In this document: piece after piece, positions 58,964-64,000 of the stretch | Layout: each line of letters starts with the position of its first letter | Numbering within the stretch: position 1 is the first letter of the stretch | From: Candidatus Latescibacterota bacterium | Lineage (GTDB): Bacteria; Latescibacterota; UBA2968; GCA-2709665 | NCBI GenBank assembly: GCA_965222075.1 | Contig: OZ244937.1 | Location: 3,424,001-3,488,000 of the forward strand | Direction of reading: 5' to 3' | DNA: 64,000 nt | The notes under the pieces: model-generated | Database searches by the model: none | The model's input: the letters and a program-made list of their open reading frames with translations, nothing else | What the model was told of the DNA's origin: nothing | Translations under genes and position numbers: made by a program

Positions 58964-59956
58964 ATGCACCGAGTCACAAAAGCGTTTGAGACTGCGGCTG
59001 TCTTCACAATCGCCCTGTGTATCGGGTGCGGCGCTCCCCGGGATCAGGCTGAAAAATCCACTTCGGATCGCCAGTTCTTCAGTGTGGGCACGGCCCCACC
59101 CGGGGGGGCCTTCTTTGTTGTTGGAGGGGCCATCGCTCAGGTCGTCAACGATCACAGAGAGGATCTGTCCTGGGATGTGTCCGCCGAAGCCACCCAGGGC
59201 ACCCAGGAAAACATCCGCCGTCTCGTAAGCGGCGAACTGGACTTTGCCCTGGCCAACGCGGCCATCTCCTACTTCGCAGTTCGCGGAGAGGGCGCCTGGG
59301 AACAAAAGCAGGGGATCAACACCGTGATGACCCTGGCGCCCAATATTGCCCTCTTCATCACTCCGAAAAGCTCGGGCGTCAAAACCATAGCGGACCTCAA
59401 GGGCAAGCGGGTTGTTGTGGGCCCGGCCGGCGCTGGCTTCGAATACTTTCTGCAGCCCATCCTGAAGGCCCACGGCATGACCTATGACGACTTCACCCCG
59501 CTGCACAACCCCCAGGCCGGGGCTGTTGACATGCTTGCGGATGGATCTACAGCCGCCGCCTTTCTGGGCGGAGCCGTACCCACCGCCTCCATCACCCAGG
59601 CCAGCGCCTCACTGGACATTCACTTCATTCCCTTTGACGCATCCGCCAAAGAGACCCTGTTCCGGAATTACCCCTTCTTTTTCCCCGCCACCATCCCGGC
59701 CGATACGTATCGAGGTCAGTCCGAAGCCTTCGAAGGCATGAACGTGGGCTCGATGCACCTCATCACCCGATCCAGCCTGGATGCGGACACCGTCTACCGG
59801 TTCACCAAAATTCTCTACGAACACCGGGCGGATGTGGTAAAAAAACACCCGGCCGGCAGAGCCATCAACTCCAAGAATGTCATCCGGGATACCGGCGCCC
59901 CTTTTCATCCGGGCGCTGTGAAGTACTTCAAAAAAATCGGAATCTGGCCCAATTGA
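58964..59956 (+). CDS. TAXI-family TRAP transporter solute-binding lipoprotein
   Basis: GTAPPGG.F..G, ATQGTQEN, DLKGKRV, PFHPGA.KY. Confidence 0.92.
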   Translation: MHRVTKAFETAAVFTIALCIGCGAPRDQAEKSTSDRQFFSVGTAPPGGAFFVVGGAIAQVVNDHREDLSWDVSAEATQGTQENIRRLVSGELDFALANAAISYFAVRGEGAWEQKQGINTVMTLAPNIALFITPKSSGVKTIADLKGKRVVVGPAGAGFEYFLQPILKAHGMTYDDFTPLHNPQAGAVDMLADGSTAAAFLGGAVPTASITQASASLDIHFIPFDASAKETLFRNYPFFFPATIPADTYRGQSEAFEGMNVGSMHLITRSSLDADTVYRFTKILYEHRADVVKKHPAGRAINSKNVIRDTGAPFHPGAVKYFKKIGIWPN

Positions 59957-59957
59957 C

Positions 59958-61898
59958 ATGCCCCGGCTCAAGTCCCGACTCTTCCGCATCCTGGCCACCT
60001 TCCTCAGCCTCTTCATCCTGGTCGAGGTCAACTATCCGCAGCTCACGCCCCAGGCCCAGTTGGCCATTTTTGCCCTGCTGGGCTTGAGCCTTGTGTTTCT
60101 CAAGTACCCTGTCCACCGAAGCGCCGCCAAGAACACCCCTTTCCAGATTCTGGACCTCTTCCTTGCCCTCGCCGTTGTCTTCTGCTTTGGCTACATCCTG
60201 ATTCAGACCGACCCTATTTTTCAAACCTACTGGCTGAACGGCCGGTCTCTGGGCAACCGCGCCGGTCTGGAACACCCGCTCGATCACATCGTGGGCCTGG
60301 TGGGCCTCCTTCTGGTTCTGGAAGCCACCCGCCGGGCCATCGGCTTCATCCTGCCCCTGCTCGCCCTGGCCTTCCTGACCTACGCCGCCTGTGGGTATGC
60401 GATGCCCGACTGGCTCTTCCCCCACAGGGGATACCCCTGGGACCGCATTGTCTCCCAGGTCTTCCTGCATTCCCAGGGTGTCTTTGGCATTGCCCTGAAG
60501 GTCATGTTCACCTATGTCTTCCTCTTTGTCCTCTTCGGCACTGTCCTGGAACAGACCGGCGCCACGGGCTACGTCCTGGACACGGCCCGCCGGCTTTTTC
60601 GCAGCAGCACCGGGGGGCCTGCCAAAGTCGCCGTGATCTCCTCGGGCCTGATGGGCTCGCTCTCCGGCAGCGCCGTGGCCAACACTGCCACGACCGGCAC
60701 CTTCACCATCCCTATGATGCGCTCGGCCGGATTCCGCCCCGCCGTTGCCGGGGGCATCGAAGCCGCCGCCAGTTCGGGCGGAGCCCTTGTACCGCCCATC
60801 ATGGGCGCGGGGGCGTACATGATGCTTGAAATGGTCCAACCGGCCGTTACCTACCTGGAAATCATCAAAGCCGCGCTTGTTCCGGCGCTGCTTTACTACA
60901 CCGCCCTCCTCCTGGTTGTACACTTCTACGCCCGGCGAATCGGGGTGGCCGTGCAGGACGAAGACCCGCTCAAGCGTCCCCCCAAAGTCCGGGGGCTCAT
61001 CTTCCTGGTGGCCTTCTTCAGCCTGGTCTTCTTCCTCGTGCTGGGCTATACACCCTTCCGGGCCGTGAGCATTTCCCTGCTCTGTGTCCTGATCAGCAGC
61101 GCCTCCAGCCCGCTGACCCGCGTGGGGGGCCGCGCCCTTTCACGCGCCCTGGAAGGCGCGGCCCACAGCGGCGTCTCGCTGATCGCGGCCGCCTCCTGCG
61201 TGGGCATCATCATCGGCATCGTCACCCTCACCGGCATCGGCGCCAAGCTCCCCAGCGTTCTCATGCCTCTGGCGAAAGACAACCTCATCCTGGCGCTACT
61301 CCTCCTCATGGTCTCCACCATTATCTTAGGGATAGGCCTGCCCTCGGCCGTCTGCTACCTCCTCATGGCCACCCTCGTGGGTTCCGTCCTGGGCGAATTG
61401 GGCGTTGTCCCTCTGGCCGCCCACTTCTTTATCTTCTACTTCGGCATGATGTCCATGGTCACGCCCCCCGTCGCCCTGGCGGCTTACACGGCCGCCGCCA
61501 TCGCAAAGGCCGGTATCATGCGAACCGGGGTCGCCGCCTTCCGCTTCGCCCTGGTCGGCTTCACACTTCCCTACGCCTTCGTCCTCCATCCCGAGCTGCT
61601 CCTCCTCTCCCCCGACCTTCCAGCCACCCTGGTCAACATCCTCACCGCCCTTCTGGGCATCCTTCCCCTGGCCGCCGCCATCGCAGGCTACGGCTTCGCT
61701 CCCCTGAACACCTGGCAGCGTTCCGTCCTCCTCGCTGCCGCCCTTCTCCTATTCCTTTCTCCTTCCGGAAGCGTCCGCCCCTGGCTACAGGGATTGGCCT
61801 TGCTTATTACCGGGATCATCGCCATCTTAAACCGGAGGAACTCCACGAACCCATGTTCACCACCACCCTCATCCTCCCCGGCGAAACCGGGCCGATGA
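59958..61898 (+). CDS. TRAP transporter fused 4TM/12TM permease
   Basis: GGPAKVAV, SGSAVAN, EAAASSGG..PPIMGA, TPPVALAAY. Confidence 0.93.
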   Translation: MPRLKSRLFRILATFLSLFILVEVNYPQLTPQAQLAIFALLGLSLVFLKYPVHRSAAKNTPFQILDLFLALAVVFCFGYILIQTDPIFQTYWLNGRSLGNRAGLEHPLDHIVGLVGLLLVLEATRRAIGFILPLLALAFLTYAACGYAMPDWLFPHRGYPWDRIVSQVFLHSQGVFGIALKVMFTYVFLFVLFGTVLEQTGATGYVLDTARRLFRSSTGGPAKVAVISSGLMGSLSGSAVANTATTGTFTIPMMRSAGFRPAVAGGIEAAASSGGALVPPIMGAGAYMMLEMVQPAVTYLEIIKAALVPALLYYTALLLVVHFYARRIGVAVQDEDPLKRPPKVRGLIFLVAFFSLVFFLVLGYTPFRAVSISLLCVLISSASSPLTRVGGRALSRALEGAAHSGVSLIAAASCVGIIIGIVTLTGIGAKLPSVLMPLAKDNLILALLLLMVSTIILGIGLPSAVCYLLMATLVGSVLGELGVVPLAAHFFIFYFGMMSMVTPPVALAAYTAAAIAKAGIMRTGVAAFRFALVGFTLPYAFVLHPELLLLSPDLPATLVNILTALLGILPLAAAIAGYGFAPLNTWQRSVLLAAALLLFLSPSGSVRPWLQGLALLITGIIAILNRRNSTNPCSPPPSSSPAKPGR

Positions 61899-62040
61899 TC
61901 GATCCGAAGGCCATTTGGGAGGGCCTGGAGAACCCGGTTGACCTCGTGATCGACAGCGGTTATGGCGACCTGGACTCCACCACCATCGATTGATATGCTG
62001 AACAACGAGCCCGAGATCGTACGCGAGGCCGAGGCGTTGT
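61854..62040 (+). pseudogene. Frameshifted C-terminal fragment of a Sua5/YciO/YrdC-family gene
   Basis: Manual translation MFTTTLILPGETGPMIDP..LENPVDLVIDSGYG..STT / IDMLNNEPEIVRE. Confidence 0.6.
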
Positions 62041-62134
62041 GGAAGGAAGAACCGGAACGCCTGCCGGACGCGCCCAGGACCATGCGGGCTTTTCGCAAGC
62101 TGGTCAAGATTCAATACTTTTAGGAGGTCGTATC

Positions 62135-63505
62135 GTGTTTCACGCTGTCCGTTTTGAAGACGACATTGAGCCGCTTGTCCGCTTTGTGGAGGAGACCTCG
62201 CCCGAGGCCATTGTGGAGGAGACGGTGAAGAGGCTGTGCGAGGGGGCTTCCGTAGAGCAGATGATGAAGGCGCTGGCCTTAGCGGTGATCCGTTCCACGG
62301 AGATGCCTTTTGTGCATCACGGCGGCCCACTGCACCCGGTGGCTGCGCTCCACGCCATTGGGGAGACGATGGGGCGGCTGCCCGAGGAGGCGCGCTGGCT
62401 GCCACTTATCCAGGACATGGCGCTGGCGAATGCGCACATCCATGACCCGGTTTCGGGACCTTATGTGATGCCCGAGATTGCGCCTGTGGGCGAGGGGAGC
62501 GTGAAGGCCACACGGGAGGCGTTCCTTGGTTGCATGAAGCGTAACTATTCTAACGCAGCGGAGCACTACTTCCTCTGGCTGCTGGAACATGCTCCGCGAG
62601 AGGTGGCCACAGAGGCGCTGCTGCAGGTGGGTGTGGCGAATTACCGCTACGATGAGCACAAGCTGATTGCCGCGGTCAATGGGATTCGTCTGCTGGATGC
62701 GGTGGGCTGGTCGCTGGCGCCTGTTGTGCTGCGGTCCATTGTGCGCTATAACTTCATGCCCTCTATCTGGGCGGATGCGCCGGCGGCGGGGGAGGTGGAG
62801 GCGCTCCTGGAGCGGTATGGGCTTTTGCAGGGGGTGGCCCAGGAGGGGAAGAACGAGGAGGGTGAGGTCGAGGCGCTGCGGGGGGAGCTGCTGGCGCATT
62901 CGCTTGAGGATCTGCCCGAGGTTATTGCCCGGGCGCTGGCAGGCGGACTGTCTTTGCGCGGCGCAGGGGAGGCGATCTCCCTGGCGGCTTCGGCGCTGTT
63001 TTTGCAGAGTGCGTCGGCAAACTCCATGGGCATCCACTTTATGACGGGTGCGAACGCGCTGCGCTGGGTCTGCGGGGCGTTTCCGTCCCTGGGAGCAAGG
63101 GGGCTGCTGCTCTGGGCGCTGGGGCCCGAGACGCGGGGGGTGAAGGGTTCGGTCGCACCTGTTGAAGAGATGACGCCGGTTTCGGCGTCGCTGGAGGCCA
63201 TCTCGGAGGCGATCTCGGAAAATGATCCTGTACGCACCGCTGCCTGTACTCAGGCTTACTGCCGGGCCGAGGGAGACGTGCCGGCCCTGCTTCAGAGGCT
63301 GGGGGAGTGGGCAGCGAAGGACAGCGCCACTGAGATGCACGGGATGAAGCATCACCAGGCTATGGTGGAGGAGTTCTCCAACACGCACGCATCCTCTGCG
63401 TGGGTGCATCTGGCGGCGCAGGCCAAGGAGGCTGCGTTACACGCCGGAAAGGGGACAGCGGTGTACGAGCGGGCAGCGGAAGCTTTGAGGAGAAGTGGGC
63501 GCTGA
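62135..63505 (+). CDS. Hypothetical alpha-helical protein with conserved His motifs
   Basis: AGGAGG RBS before GTG 62135; HHGGPLHP, DEHK, GIHF..ANA, EMHGMKH. Confidence 0.75.
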   Translation: MFHAVRFEDDIEPLVRFVEETSPEAIVEETVKRLCEGASVEQMMKALALAVIRSTEMPFVHHGGPLHPVAALHAIGETMGRLPEEARWLPLIQDMALANAHIHDPVSGPYVMPEIAPVGEGSVKATREAFLGCMKRNYSNAAEHYFLWLLEHAPREVATEALLQVGVANYRYDEHKLIAAVNGIRLLDAVGWSLAPVVLRSIVRYNFMPSIWADAPAAGEVEALLERYGLLQGVAQEGKNEEGEVEALRGELLAHSLEDLPEVIARALAGGLSLRGAGEAISLAASALFLQSASANSMGIHFMTGANALRWVCGAFPSLGARGLLLWALGPETRGVKGSVAPVEEMTPVSASLEAISEAISENDPVRTAACTQAYCRAEGDVPALLQRLGEWAAKDSATEMHGMKHHQAMVEEFSNTHASSAWVHLAAQAKEAALHAGKGTAVYERAAEALRRSGR

Positions 63506-63657
63506 AAGGGGCATGTCTGAGTCCAGACAGGGACAGATGGTCTGCGAGCGGGTGCAGAATGAGGGGGCATTTCCCGGTGGTTGATGGAGGAGGACCACTC
63601 GGGAAATAGCATTATAGGAAAAACGCCCGAATCCTGAGCCTTGAAAGGGTATGAGTG

Positions 63658-64000
63658 ATGACTGTTTTGAACGCCGTTGTGATCGGACCGGGCGGTAGAG
63701 GGAGAGCGCACCTGGCCGTTGTTCCGAAACTGTCCGACAGGTATCGGTTGGTGGGGGTGTGCGATGTTGATGGGGAGCGGGCAAGGACGGTTGGTTCCGA
63801 GATGGGCGTCAATGCGTACACAGATCTGGAAGCGATGCTGGACAAAGAGAAGCCGGATGTGGGTTTGATTACCGTTCAACCGGAGATCCACCACGCCGTC
63901 GCCCGGGTCTTAGCTGAAAAAAAGGTCCACATTCTGACGGAGACTCCCATTGCCCTCACCGTGCCCTGTGCGGACGCGATGATACAGGCGACTGCGGAGA
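63658..64000 (+). CDS. Gfo/Idh/MocA oxidoreductase (partial, runs off window)
   Basis: MTVLNAVVIGPGGRGRAH...VGVCD...HILTETP. Confidence 0.85.
   Translation, partial: MTVLNAVVIGPGGRGRAHLAVVPKLSDRYRLVGVCDVDGERARTVGSEMGVNAYTDLEAMLDKEKPDVGLITVQPEIHHAVARVLAEKKVHILTETPIALTVPCADAMIQATAE

Overview
High-GC bacterial chromosomal window. The glycan/organic-acid catabolic gene content resembles Latescibacterota/Poribacteria-type genomes (inference only). Left arm (1-21.6 kb): a partial PLP decarboxylase, tmRNA (ssrA, tag ANDNSYALAA), and metabolic and glycan-degradation genes. Centre (~21.6-51.6 kb): a large minus-strand integron cassette array with 22 attC sites and no intact intI in the window (CALIN-like). 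It carries GNAT, APH, methyltransferase and HAD cassettes, five toxin-antitoxin pairs, two recently duplicated cassettes, IS1380, ISKra4/ISLre2-type and IS4 insertions, and integrase/IS605 remnants at the proximal end. Right arm: sialidase, DHDPS-family, beta-propeller and TRAP transporter genes. The most unusual signal is a family of 25-36 bp palindromes (CCTGCCTGTGC...GCAGACAGG), 12 copies at 10 loci. They insert without target duplication, almost always after 5'-GA, nest inside each other, and were seen only in transposases or repeats. Precise removal restores both transposase reading frames. A second hairpin family nests inside one loop of the attC sites.
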